From Octopus vulgaris (Eukaryota), in assembly GCA_951406725.2 (NCBI GenBank), contig OX597815.1, positions 53,568,001-53,632,000 on the forward strand: a DNA stretch of 64,000 nucleotides, written 5' to 3'. The notes under the pieces were generated by a model, which saw nothing but the letters and a program-made list of their open reading frames with translations, did no database searches and was not told the origin of the DNA. Made by a program: the position numbers and the translations under genes. Positions 1-12,291 of the stretch are shown in pieces. How positions within the stretch are numbered: position 1 is the stretch's first letter; the number at the start of each line of letters is the position of its first letter.

Positions 1-269
1 ATCTCACTCCTCCTATTTCCACCCCCACCTTGGCGTTCGCTTATTCGTTTCAGTTATTTCCACCTTCCTCTTTTTGTGTCCTCCCACCATCACCATCTCT
101 GTCAGCATCACCCGTACAAGTCCCTCCCTCTCCTAATTTGGTGACGTTTGATTGGTGATGTTGATAGCTTAGTTCCTCAACTCAATCACTCCTAGAGTCA
201 AGGCAGAGAATCTAGGCATGATAATTATATGTAAATTGAATATAAATTGTATTGTCGTTTGTCTTTTAT

Positions 270-540
270 TTGTTTCAGTGATGGGAATGTGGCCATATTG
301 GGGCACCGCTTTGAAGGGTTTTAGGCTACCCCAGTAGTTGCTTGGTTATTCTAACCGTCGCTCTTTGTCGAACCATTAAGTACGGAGCCTTAATCAAACT
401 AACACTACACACACGAAATCCACTCACAAGATTTTTATCGGCCTAAGGCAATAATAGAAGACATTTGCCCAAAGTGCCACGCAGTGGATCTGAACTCATA
501 ATCGTGGTTGAGAAGCGAATTTCTTACCACACAGCCACAC
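270..540 (-). mobile_element. Degenerate copy of the tRNA-derived CORE-like SINE (family of 48161-48578)
   Basis: Colinear with 48161-48578: tail gtttcagt..gtggccatattggggcaccgc, aatccactcacaag, gccacgcagtgg, cttaccacacagccac. Confidence 0.8.
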
Positions 541-1789
541 AAGTGGTTTCAAATTTCATCAAAAGGGATGAAAAGCAAAGTCTACCTCAGTGGAATTTTA
601 ACTGAGAGCGTTAAGTCGGAAGAAATACTCCTAAGCATCTTGTCCGGCGTATTAACGATTCTGCCAGCTTGCCACTTTACCAGGGCCTACATATTATGAA
701 TTATTTATAAAAGTGGAGAAAATCTCTATCAGAAGAAAATGCACCAAAATCAGGGGAAAATGTTAGAAATGGTAGCATATTGGACTTGTCCTGAAATATT
801 AAATTTCGATTGCGTTTTGAGGCAGATAGCACCGAAGTCGATTTTGCTCCTATCCTTTCCCGGGTCGTCTATAAAATAAGATCCAGCAATACAATGCACT
901 GATTTTAACATTCTGTACCTTTGTAGCCTTCTGCCAAGTGTTATGAATATTCATTTCGTTTTAAGATCAAATCCCGCTGAGGTCAACTTTTAAGTTCATT
1001 CTTGGGAGGGTGAAATAAGAAACCTCCAGCTTCGTGGTGGGTAATAATAATAATGATATTTTTTCTTTTGTTCTTAATGTAGGCACAAAGCCAGTAGTTT
1101 TGGGGAGAGAAGCGAAGTCGATAACATCGACCCAAGTACTTGATTGGTACTTTATTTTATCGACTCCCCAGAGAGATGAAAGTTACTGTGGGATTTGAAC
1201 TCAGAACGTAAAAAGCCGACAGAAATACTGCGAAGCATCTATTCCAGTGCAGCCAAATATGTAACCATTGGGACAAGACCAGTAATTTTAAGTTGGTTGG
1301 GAGGTGGAGCACATTGGTATTTATTTTAGAGACCTCGAAAGAATGAAAGTCAAAGTCAGTCTCGGCGACATTTGAACTCAGAACGTAAAAAGCTGGAAAA
1401 AATGTCGCTAAGCATTTTGTACGACGCGCTTCAGATTTTGCCATCTGACCACTGTTTGTCGATTCACCTTAACCTCATGTTTCACTACAGCTGGGCTTCA
1501 TTTTGCAATAAGCAAATAACTTCTCGCCTTTGGTTTTTTTTTTTATGGAATATGAAAGAAAATATTTCAAGTGAAAGCTTTATTACTGACAAAACACTGT
1601 ACATTCATGTATAATACAAACCTTGATTTTCAGGCCTAAATTACCTTAATTATATATTGTACAACCAGCAGAGTTGCACAACTGTTACAAAAGAAGATGA
1701 CCTAATATAATTCCATACTTTTTAATTATTGAATATTCCGTTATTATATAACGACACTGCATAGTGCCAAAAGTCCCAGCAATGCCTAT

Positions 1790-2013
1790 TTCTTTATTAC
1801 CCACAAGGGGCTAAACATAGAAGGGACAAACAAGGACAGACATAGGTATTAAGTCGATTACATCTACCCCAGTGCGTAACTGGTACTTAATTTATCGACC
1901 CCGAAAGGATGAAAGGTAAAGTCGACCTCGGCGGAATTTGAACTCACAACGTAACGGCAGACGAAATACCGCTCGGCATTTCGCCCAGCGCGCTAACGTT
2001 TCTTCCAGCTCGC
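1790..2013 (-). mobile_element. tRNA-derived SINE, family of 46855-47080 (Meta-domain-like core)
   Basis: Near full-length reverse complement of 46855-47080, including B-box gagttcaaattcc and tail ccccttgtgggtaataaagaaatagg. Degenerate siblings at about 540-675(-), 1075-1255(-), 1300-1445(-), 2345-2510(+), 2575-2760(+), 4470-4600(-), 6100-6285(-). Confidence 0.9.
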
Positions 2014-2014
2014 A

Positions 2015-2320
2015 CGCTGCAGGACTAGTTATTGCAACAGCCTGGGTTCCAAAGGCCCACAGCTTTTTAATATTCTCCCAAAGAGTCTGAGGAACTTGCA
2101 TAAAGGAGATGTAGGAGTTTTAAAATCAAAGCTGGACCTCTTCCTGTCGAGAGTCCCTGATGAACCTACCTCACGACAAGAGGTGCAAATGAGGGTAGCT
2201 ATATCAAACTCCATGCTTCACCAAGTGCCACATATTAGAGGAGGCTCTTAGTAATAACAGTGTAGCAAAACGGCGGTGCAGCAGCATGGCCACAGCTCTG
2301 AGCTGAAACTAGAGAAAAAA
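2015..2320 (+). mobile_element. 3' end of a CR1/L2-group LINE (ORF2 C-terminus plus 3' UTR)
   Basis: Manual translation from 2030: YCNSLGSKGPQLFNILPKSLRNLHKGDVGVLKSKLDLFLSRVPDEPTSRQEVQMRVAISNSMLHQVPHIRGGS* (stop 2249-2251), the typical GPxLFNxLP...KxKLDxFL..VPDEP ORF2 tail; then a short UTR ending in a stem-loop and A-rich tail. Confidence 0.8.
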
Positions 2321-3109
2321 CATATATATTAGTAAATGCTAATGCGGCTACCTGGCAGGTCGTTAGCAAGTCGGACAAAATGGTTAGCAGCATTTCGTTC
2401 GTCTTTTACGTTCTGAGTTCAAATTCCTTACGAGGTCGACTTTGCTTTTCATTCTTCCGGGGTCGATGAAAAAGGTTCCAGTCGATGTACTCGATTAGCC
2501 CTTTCCCCACCAAATTGAAAGGATTATTATATATTAAATTTCATTACTTTTTAATTTTTATTTTTCTAGCAAGATGGCAAGATGGCGGAATCGTAATATG
2601 CCGGGTAAAATGCTTAGAGAGCATTTATTTTATCTGTCTTTGCGTTCTGTGTTCAAATTCCACCGAGCGGGGCGATGAAATAAGTACCAGCCGAGCACTG
2701 GGATTGATGTGATCGACTTAACACTTCGCTCGAAATTTTTGGCTTTGTGCCAAATTTAAAACCAATATTTAATTTTCAGTTAAAAATCTAAAATAAATTA
2801 TAAAGCTTAATTACATTATTGTATCTTTTCTTAATAAAAGCTTTTGAACAAATATTTGCAGCCTAATAGCATGTAATATAAGTACTCCTAATTGAACATT
2901 CATATTATGGAAAACATGCGTATGCATGAAGTTTTACGGCAAATATACTTTCTAGAACTCGGCGACACAATGCTGGTATCATTACTGTGAAAACAGATGA
3001 TAATGACATTTAAGTTCGATATGTGATGAAGAGTTATTTGATAGTCCAGAAAAAATGCTTTACTAGACCGAGTTCTGATTGCAGATAAATAATATCACAG
3101 CTAGGTGAC

Positions 3110-3720
3110 ATCATAATTGAGCATATAATTGTTTAGTAACATTTCAACTAATATCATATCTAACTATAACATCAGCTCTAATATCACCCCCATCAGCCAA
3201 TCTAATTAACATCGCGTCTAATTAACATCATATTCATCTAACATTATATCTAATTAGGATCAAACCTAACATCATATCTAAATAACATCGTATCTAACGT
3301 CACAGCTACCTAACATCAAATGAAACTGATATTACGTTACCTGAAAAACCACATCCAAGAAATATGAAATTCAACTAAAATCATTTATCTTAGATCACAT
3401 CCAACTAACATCATAACTAACTGATATTAAATCCTACTAAAATCATATCTAACTAATATTACATCCAACTAATAAAACATCTATCTGACTGTTATAACAT
3501 TCAACACCATATTTAACTAAGATCCGGTCCAAATAATATCAGATCCATTTTAATATCACCGGAAAGTAACATCACATCTAGATTCACGCCTAATATATAT
3601 CACAACACTTCCAATATCACATCCTGCTTACATCACAACAGAAAAATATCACATCTAGTATCACTTCTAAAATTACATCTGTTTAATATCAATCAACGTA
3701 ACGTAAGATCAAACAAATCA
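3110..3720. repeat. Highly degenerate minisatellite-like array of aacatcacatctaa-type units
   Basis: Dozens of variants of (t)aacatcatatctaa / aatatcacatcc in tandem; strongly G-poor on the + strand. Confidence 0.65.
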
Positions 3721-3782
3721 ACCAGAATACTATGCGCTTTTGATTTCAAACACCACTGCACAAAATGCTATGTAGTCATACA

Positions 3783-3829
3783 TATGTATGTGTGTGTGTG
3801 TATGTGTGTACACATATACATACATACAC

Positions 3830-3895
<66 letters not shown>

Positions 3896-3970
3896 GCATA
3901 TGTATATGTATATATATATTTATATGTATGTATGTATGTATTCATGTATGTATGTATGTATGTATGTATG

Positions 3971-4000
<30 letters not shown>
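3783..4000. repeat. Compound microsatellite (CA)n-(TA)n-(TATG)n, representative of dozens in the window
   Basis: Directly visible tandem di- and tetranucleotide runs. Confidence 0.97.
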
Positions 4001-4001
<1 letters not shown>

Positions 4002-4836
4002 GTAGGTGGGTAGTAGGTAGGTGTATGTGTGTGCATGCAGGTGTATGCTTGTGTGTATACCTATGTATATGCACACATACTTGCAAACATGCATAAATGG
4101 AAAAAGTTAGATCGTATATCTGCTCAGTTCGAGTCAGCTAACATCAGTTCTGACATAGACATTCCATAGCTTGTGTAGAATAAAAGGAAAGTCAGTGGGA
4201 AAGTAGAGGGAGCAGCGGAGTGAAGCTCATTCACCTCCCCCCACACACACACAGACACACTACGCACGCACACGCGCGCGCACACTCACACACACGCACA
4301 CACGCTCGAGCGCACACACGCACATGCGCGCGCGCACACACTTACATAAAGAGACAGAGAGCGTGAGAAAGAAACTGCTTCATATATAGATAGATGAATA
4401 ATAAATACTATGACGGAAACGGTAATATACAGTCCAATAAACAGGTGAAACAATTGTTTCTTCTGTAGGTACAAGGCCAGCAATTTCAGTGGAGGACCCT
4501 AATGCTCGGCTGGAACTATTTCATCGACCCTGAAAGGATGCAAGTCAAAGTTAAGGTCGGCAGAATTTGAACTCTGAACGTAAAGACGGAAGATATTCTT
4601 AGAAGATATTCTTCTAAGTATTTCCCATTACAATGGATAGGGACGCTTTCTACTGACGATATGGAAGAAGAAATATGTAGAAAAATTTTGTATGCACGTT
4701 TACCATAATATGAAGTCCATGTTTTGACTGTTGTCATTCCTCGAAGAGAGGAATGTACCCAAATATTTTATTGAAGTAGTAACAACAACAGCAGTAATAA
4801 TGGTGGTGGGTATAGTGGTATTATTATTATTATTAT

Positions 4837-5514
4837 TCAGTAGTTTTATTTTTATAGCGTGCTTTCACTTCACTACCGAGCGCAGCTCTGTGTGCCTTGG
4901 GTATGTGCTGTGATTTGTTGTGATGCTCTGATGGTTATTGTATGGAAAGTGTTCTGCGTAGGATGTGTGCAGTGCCTAGTAGTGCAATTTTCTGTATGTT
5001 ATATGTGTTTGTAAGTCCTGGTGTTTTTGTTATGTATTTGTCTGAATATTTTTTTATCATGCCTAATGCACCTACTATGATAGGAATTGTTTCTGTTTTC
5101 AGGTTCCACATTCTAGTTACCTCTATTTCCAGGTCTTTGTATTTTGAGAGTTTCTCCATTTCTTTTAGAGTCACGTTGTCATCTGCCGGTATTGATACAT
5201 CAATTAGAAAGCATTTTTTTCTTCATGATCTCTGACAACTATATCTGGTCTGTTGGCCTTAATTTCTCTATCTGTGTGTATCGGCATATCCCAGAGTATG
5301 GTTGCTTTCTCGTTTTCTGTGACCTTTTCTGGTGTGTGCCTATACCATCTTTTTTCTGTTGTTATTCCATAATGTTGGCATAGCTTCCAATGTATGTAGG
5401 TTCCAACTCTGTCATGTCTGTGAATATATTCCTTCTTAGCCAGGACTGGGCAGCTAGAGATAATATGATTTATTGTTTCTTGTCCATCTCCACATATTCT
5501 GCAGTTACTTGTAA
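4837..5514 (-). mobile_element. 5'-truncated R4/Dong-like non-LTR retrotransposon (CCHC knuckle + restriction-like endonuclease)
   Basis: Minus strand reads CRICGDGQETINHIISSCPVLAKKEYIHRHDRV...ILWDMPIHTDREIKANRPDIVV..CFLIDVSIP...EKLSKYKDL...IPIIVGALG (one -1 frameshift in the A-run at about 5214-5220); stop at 4935; AATAAA near the 3' end; flanked both sides by (TAA)n. Confidence 0.9.
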
Positions 5515-5607
<93 letters not shown>

Positions 5608-5677
5608 ATCAAAATTAAAAGAAGAGTGACATTGTTATCTAGTGAACGATATTTCGAACGATATTATTATTATTATT

Positions 5678-5856
5678 ATAGAGTGAGAGAGCAGTGCATG
5701 CCATCAAAGTGACACCGGGGTAAAATATACGAAGCCCAGTATACCCATCATGATTACCCGTCTGATAAGGGTACACCAGGCAAATGTATCACAACCATGT
5801 GTGCGCGACATGGTGATCTCATATCAAGATAAACAGCACATGACCTTGCAGGTGGT
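5678..5856. mobile_element. Short interspersed fragment embedded in (TAA)n, probably the end of a TAA-targeting retroelement
   Basis: Sharp-bounded, more GC-rich ~180 bp segment between two (TTA)n runs; no coding signal recognised. Confidence 0.4.
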
Positions 5857-6995
5857 ATTATTATTAGTATTATTATTATTAGTTATAGTATTAGTATTTG
5901 TGTGTTCCAAGATTAGTCCTGATACATTAAACCTTTCATCGAAAGCTTTCCAGTTGTACCAGACTATGTATTTTTACAATTTTTTTTTTTTGGACCCTAA
6001 GTCTCACGTGTTTGGTTACCCGGTTTCCATGGCGTGTAAGTAACCGAGATCACAACATTCCCTGACAGGAACGCTAGACAGTTGCAAAGTTCAGGTCAGC
6101 AATTTTTGAGTAGCGGAGACAAATCGATGACATCGACTCAGGTACTTGACTGATACTTCATGTGATCGACCAAGTAAGGATTTTAAACAAAGTTGAAATC
6201 AGCAAGATTTGAACTCAAAACTAAAGAACCGAAAGAAATGCCACAAAGAATTGAGTCCATCGTGCCAACGATTCTGCCAACTCGTCGTCCAGACTATATT
6301 TTAGAGGTATAACATCTAATGTATCATTCACTTTTAAAGTTTAATTGATAATTGAAAACTGACATAGCTGCAATTCCTAGCACACCAAATGATCGAATAC
6401 AGACTCTCTTAACTTGCAGTGGATGTTGTTACTGTAGTTATAAGTGTTGTTACTTGTCTTTTCATCTTTCTGGAGTTTAAAATGATCAACAGAGCGACCA
6501 CATCCGGGGATCTTGTAATGGAGCTAATGGAGCAGCCATATCCGGTAATCATAGAAAAAAATCATTGCTTTTGCAGGACTACTTGTTGAGATTGTCATTT
6601 CTGGATAAACTCTACAGGAATACGAAGGCGAACGATGTCACTTTTTATGCATTTAGTCAGTGTTTTAACATTATTGACATATAGAAATATGCTGGTTAGC
6701 TGCCGTTGAGTGTAATTTTATCAGGAATCTCATCAAGATCATTCTCATCGCCTTTTCAGTGGAGTAAGTTAGACAGTTGTTTTCTGACTAGTGATGATGA
6801 TGACAGAAGGAATGTGGGAATGTGGTAGACCTCTTAAACCCTCAACAATATCAAAAATCATACGAAAAAGAAAGCAGAGATGATGAGGTAGGCTCCGCAC
6901 TCCAGTACATTGTTGTTTACAAGATGAGTGAGAGTAACGAGTATGATCTGCCTGGACAGATCTACTCTCTCATTCTGGTAATATAGACTGTAGAC

Positions 6996-7267
6996 CAGTG
7001 GTTCCCAAACTGAACGGTACTGCCTCCTGGGAGAGATGAAAAGATCCAGGGGGCGTTGAAGAAAAGTAGGGTGATAATGGGGGTGAAAAAAAAGCAAAAT
7101 AATGGGCTAATTAGGTTAACATCTATTTGTGAAATACAGTTGTTTCGAATTTGCTGGAGAAAGTGGTCTGTGTTTGTGGTGATGATGAGTGGTGGTGGTG
7201 GTGGGGCTCTAAGATTGTGACCTGGTTGCCAAGGGGGCAGCAGCCCGTAAAAGTATAGGGACCACTG
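6996..7267. mobile_element. hAT-type MITE
   Basis: Terminal inverted repeats cagtggttcccaaac / gtatagggaccactg; 8-bp flanks ctgtagac and ctgaagag (6/8 identical), consistent with an aged 8-bp TSD. Confidence 0.8.
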
Positions 7268-7920
7268 CTGAAGAGTGTAACCTGGAAGAGAGCACTCTAT
7301 AATGAATGTAAAAACGATATTTTTGCTACAATTACTAAATTCAATTCTTCCATTGGATCAAAGGTAAGATTTAGGAAATTATTTCTGTATTTTCTTTCCA
7401 CAGGATTTTCAAATCCGTGGAATCCTAATTTGTATGAGTTCAATCTTTTGGTAATATACTCGGTGTCTTCTTGTGACCGATTACTTAGACGTAATAAGTG
7501 GTACAATTAACATCAGTAATGTTACCCATTGTAGCAGAATTTCCTGTCTATGGGTTTCGGGCTTCATGTAGTTTCCACTGATGTACGTGAAGGTTTGATT
7601 ATGTCTGCTGCACTTTTTCTTTATCTCCACAACTGCTCACTTTAGACCAAATTCTGCTATGCATATTATGCCACTTTTCAGTAACTGCTGTTCCCACACG
7701 AACAGCATCCACACACAAATCTCGTCTAGCCATGTGGCTGCAAGTACACGTAAATGACAAGGCGGGAGAAGGCCGAAATGCACTCAGGGTTCTTGCTTGT
7801 CGTTGCCGGGACGTTATTTTGTTTTACTCCGAGACTGCTCTATACGAGATATTTTAAATCTCAGACAAAGACAGCAGTATCTAACTTGTTAACAATGTAC
7901 AGACGCTAAATAGGACACAG

Positions 7921-8002
7921 CCAGCATGGGTAGTTCTCAGTCTCATCATTTAAAGTACGAAACTGAGTAATACCATCTGGTTGATAACTAATGGGGAATT
8001 AC
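7921..8002 (+). ncRNA. Permuted hammerhead-like motif, family 1 (degenerate core)
   Basis: ctcagt-C-tcatca ... gtac-GAA-actgag ... tgataa-CTAATGG: stem III 6/6, stem I 5/6, outer helix ccag(c)atgg(g)ta/taccatctgg; core differs from CTGATGA at two positions. Confidence 0.5.
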
Positions 8003-8259
8003 AGACCTTCTGTGTCCGTCTTCCGTCCGGTTGTACACTCAGTATACGTTGTACGTTTTTGTACCCTCTTGTTTATTTGCAATATGTGTGTGTGTACATA
8101 TATACATACACACACATATATATATGAATGTATATATATATATATATATACATTTTCTTTCGTGTTAGTCCGTTTTTCCATGTTTGCCATTCCTGACACT
8201 GATGCTTATTTCTTTTGCTAAGTAAATGATATTTCACACGATATATATAATTAAAAAAA

Positions 8260-8297
8260 CTGTCCGACGAACGGGAACGTGAAACTCTGAGTAACAG
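8260..8297 (+). ncRNA. Minimal type-I hammerhead ribozyme motif (U4C core variant)
   Basis: ctgt-CCGACGA-acg ggaa cgt-GAA-actc t gagt-A-acag: stems I, II and III all pair, GUA cleavage triplet; followed by aataaa and (TA)n. Confidence 0.7.
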
Positions 8298-8344
8298 CTT
8301 TTGTTATATTTCTGCTGCTTTTAAATAAAGTATATATATATATG

Positions 8345-8695
8345 GAATGCAAATGAATAACAAGGATGTCCAGGTATCAATGCACTACGGGCATTTCAAG
8401 TGGCTCCATTTATTCAATTAATGAAAACATTAAATCGATTTGAAATAAACCGCTTCCCTCAGTTGCAGATGACCATATAGATTTCCAATATAACCAATTT
8501 TATGTCAGTACTAGAAACCAAAATAATTACAGTGTTTACTTATGTTATATTCGTGGCAGAATGGATGGTCATCTATATTTGAGGAGAGCGGTTTCTTTGA
8601 AATTGATATAATGTTTTCATTGATGGCTTAAATGGAACCGCTTGAAACGGCCGTAATGCATTGATACCTAGACATCCCTGTTACTTATTTGCACT
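8345..8695. repeat. Diverged inverted repeat (arms about 8345-8476 and 8563-8695), Penelope pseudo-LTR-like
   Basis: tgcaaatgaataacaaggatgtccaggtatcaatgcactacgg... is the reverse complement of ...ccgtaatgcattgatacctagacatccctgttacttatttgca; contains gaaacggccgta (HHR GAA-stem III-GUA remnant). Confidence 0.7.
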
Positions 8696-8861
8696 TATAT
8701 AACTTCGAGTTATATATATTATAACTTAGGATACCTACGAGATACCGCCATGCTGAAATTAGCAGCCATGATCTGAGTTTAAAACAACCTTAAGTGTTCA
8801 TATAGCACACGGAGAGAAGACATAAAGACAAAAAGTAACACTAATAAAAAAATTACTGGAT

Positions 8862-8920
8862 AATTCCAGATCCCGGATTTCTGGCTTTGCATTTAGGAAT
8901 GCTTTGCCTCATGAGTGTAA
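8862..8920 (-). ncRNA. Degenerate type-I hammerhead motif
   Basis: Reverse strand ttaca-CTCATGA-ggc...gcc-a-GAA-atcc g ggat-C-tggaa; one core substitution and one stem I mismatch. Confidence 0.5.
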
Positions 8921-8941
8921 TATACGCTGAGAGAAACATAG

Positions 8942-8978
<37 letters not shown>

Positions 8979-9050
8979 TACAATATACAAATACTTACAT
9001 ATACGAACGTATACATACATATATATGCACGTATGCATCATGACTAAGTG

Positions 9051-9300
9051 TGGAGGCACATGGCCTAGTGGTTAGAGCAGCGGACTCGCGGTCGAGGGAT
9101 CGCGGGTTCGAATCTCAGACCGGACGATATGTGTGTTTATGAGCGAAACACCTAAGCTCCACGCGGCTCCGGCAGAAGGTAATGGCGAAACTTCTACTGA
9201 CTCTTTCGCCACAAATTTCCCTCGCTCTTTCCTCCTGCATCTTGCAGCTCACCTGCGATGAACCGGCGTCCCGTCCAGGTGGGAAACCTATACGCCAGGC
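9051..9300 (+). mobile_element. tRNA-derived SINE (tRNA-Arg-like head), V-domain-like body
   Basis: A-box tggcctagtgg, B-box gggttcgaatctc, cloverleaf-like head; same head at 32471 and 59817(-); body ends in cctgcgatgaaccggcgtcccgtccagg. Confidence 0.85.
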
Positions 9301-9344
9301 ATGGCTCGAGAAGGAACAAACAACGACAACAATCATAACTAATG

Positions 9345-9700
9345 CTTCTTTCTTTCTTACTTGCTAGCTTGTTCTTGCTTGACAAGGCTGCGGTTATCCC
9401 AAATTAGTCGTCCCAGAAACGTCATTATGCGTAGAACTGAACAGATCCACCAGTGCTTTCCCATGCCAGCCCTTCTGTATCCTCCAAGGTGACGTCGAAT
9501 CTGTGTAGGCCTTCCCCAATCCAATTCAGCTATATGGTGCGAGGCAAACCTCTTCCAGCGGGGAGCTTCTGCGTTGAATTAGAGTAAAGCCCTGGTAGGA
9601 CGATCTAGGGAGAGACGGAAGGCAGATACACACATTCATGCAGCAGAAACACGTGTCGCATTGGAATCTAAAGTGAATTTAATGAGAGTAAGTTTTGAAG
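9345..9700 (-). mobile_element. Degenerate RTE-type LINE 3' fragment
   Basis: Minus strand reads RGLPRTI*LNWIGEGLHRFDVTLED, matching the RGRPR..W...I.EDL RTE C-terminal pattern; (AAG/AAAG)-like tail. Confidence 0.5.
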
Positions 9701-9733
9701 ATGTATAGCTCTCCATTCTTCATTATGATATCT

Positions 9734-9781
<48 letters not shown>

Positions 9782-10265
9782 CATATGTGTGTGCGTGTGC
9801 GTGTGTGCATTTCTTTATGTATGTATGTATGAAGTAAATAGTTGTTGGGCGATTTCGTCAGTGACTGTTCCAGTTGGTCAAGTAACTGAATTATAATGCA
9901 AATCTAAAAAAAGATTGAAAACTAAAAAATCGAATTAAACAAAAGAAAATTAATTCATGTAAGAGAGATAAATGCGTTAATGTCAACTAATTGAAATATT
10001 TGAAATAAGACAAATTCAATTAGTACTCCTTTACTCTCACGTTTATTTCAGTTACTGGACTGGGGACAAGCTGGGGCACTGCCTTGGAGCATGGTTAGTT
10101 GAAAAAATTGAACCAAGTAATTATCATAAGTCTAGTACTTATTACATTGGTATCGTTTGTTGAACAGCTAAATTACAACGGCTTAAGGAAGCCAACACCC
10201 TGCGGTGACAATTATAGATAGAATAATACAGGCACAGATACCTATACATATATATGTACATATAC

Positions 10266-10328
<63 letters not shown>

Positions 10329-10392
10329 TGCACGCACGCACACACACACATACACACACACAGATGCACACACACGCACACACACACATATG

Positions 10393-11016
10393 CATATGCA
10401 TATAGATAAATCAATATAAACAGCAATTTGCAATGTATCATCAGAAAGGAGAATTACAAATGTCACCAAATGCGACTAAGGTGTTAGAAAACACCTACAT
10501 TGCTATAAATAAGAGCTAAAACGGTCTGATGCTATAGTTAATGCACATTAATGAAAACACAATCACTAGCAGGGACCATAATCACCCGAAAAGTGCCGAG
10601 CGATAATGTTTAATACTGACACGTCAGTTTCGGCAATTTCCGTCGCCTCATCAGTCAACCCAGCTCGGCCTTTGCATTTTCTGGAGTCGCTTCACCATTA
10701 GTATCTATGTTTTCGTCATCCAAAATGATTGGATGATTTAGTGATTCGCTAATGTGTATATATAAATTTAATATGAACAGCAGCTTGCAATGTTTCCAGA
10801 GAGTACCGAAGCCGAGCTGGCTTAACTGATGAAGGACGAAACTGACGCATCAGTTTAAAGCTTTCTCGATCGGCACTTTTCGGATGATTATGGTCCCTGT
10901 TAGTGTATATGTTTTTATTTATGTGCTTTAACTACAACATTGGAACGTTTTCGTTCTGATTTCTAGCAATGTAGGTGTTTTCTAACACTCTAGTCGCATT
11001 TAGTGACATTTGTAAT
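10393..11016. mobile_element. Non-coding HHR-bearing element: ~357 bp unit in partial tandem plus inverted arm (retrozyme-like or Penelope pLTR)
   Basis: Direct repeat 10393-10440 vs 10751-10797; 10797-11016 is the reverse complement of about 10454-10685. HHR on minus at 10608-10660 (gttga-CTGATGA-ggcgac..attgcc-GAA-actgac gt gtcagt-A-ttaa) and on plus at 10820-10861. Same family at 21121-21626. Confidence 0.8.
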
Positions 11017-11036
11017 ATACATAAATATACCTACAT

Positions 11037-11097
<61 letters not shown>

Positions 11098-11543
11098 AAT
11101 ATGCACACACACATATTTATATGTATATTTACACACACACATATACACACAAACACACAAATCTAGGCCCTTGCGTCACTCCATTATTTTTGCTAAATAT
11201 TAATAAAAATATCCACATACTCATATTCTGAGTTCTCTTTTTCCTGTTTGCATCACCATATCATATCATGTCCATACATTATGTTATGTTATATTCGAAA
11301 TTGCGATTGACTCTCTGACCGATAACTGAACAGGAGTTGGCGACCACTTGTGTCTGTTTCCTGTTTGTTTGTGCATTCATTAGTTTAACTCATGAGTTTT
11401 AACTATATACATATATATATACTGTGGACAAGGCTGCGTGGCGTCCAATTACAAAAACATAAAAATACACATTATGTACACACATATATATATATATATA
11501 TGTATATACATACATACACATATGCAGATATACATACATATAT

Positions 11544-11577
<34 letters not shown>

Positions 11578-11580
11578 CTT

Positions 11581-11668
<88 letters not shown>

Positions 11669-11697
11669 GGGAAAGAGAGAGAGAGTCACACAAAGAC

Positions 11698-11742
<45 letters not shown>

Positions 11743-12259
11743 CGGGATCTCCTAAATGGACGACCAATGATTCATAATGAATATACCAGCGTATGAATTT
11801 CCACAGTGGTTCATGAGTAAATAATATGCAAACGGCAATTGTCATACAGTACTGGCACCAAAACATAGCGACTTGTTCCATCCTTCATTCCCCTTGTTGG
11901 ATACATTTTCATAGCGCTGCACACACATACACACACACTCACGCGCACAAACACACAAGCAAACAAACAAGAAGACGACACACACGAGCATGCACACAAA
12001 ATTAGAAACACAACATACAAATCGCATACAAGCACATGCATGTATACGGATACATTTACTTAGAATCAGATAGAGCTGCGCACAAGGACATACCGAATAA
12101 TTCATACCGAGACATACAAAAATACACACGTGTCGTACACAGACAAATCCGGAAGCAGTCACAAACGTACGTACACTCATGCACGAACACAGAAACAAGC
12201 ACGTATGCATACACATGCATACATACATACATACATACATACATACATACATACATACA

Positions 12260-12291
<32 letters not shown>

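Noticed and set aside
9051-9122. tRNA-Arg gene
   Set aside because: Acceptor stem is not intact, no terminator, and it continues into a SINE body shared with other dispersed copies.
9845-9890. Minus-strand gtca-CTGACGA hammerhead fragment
   Set aside because: No GAA/stem III partner found.
11270-11345. Possible further permuted hammerhead (ttc-GAA-attgc ... gataa-CTGAACA)
   Set aside because: The stem III'/NUH/stem I strand cannot be identified and the core is degenerate.
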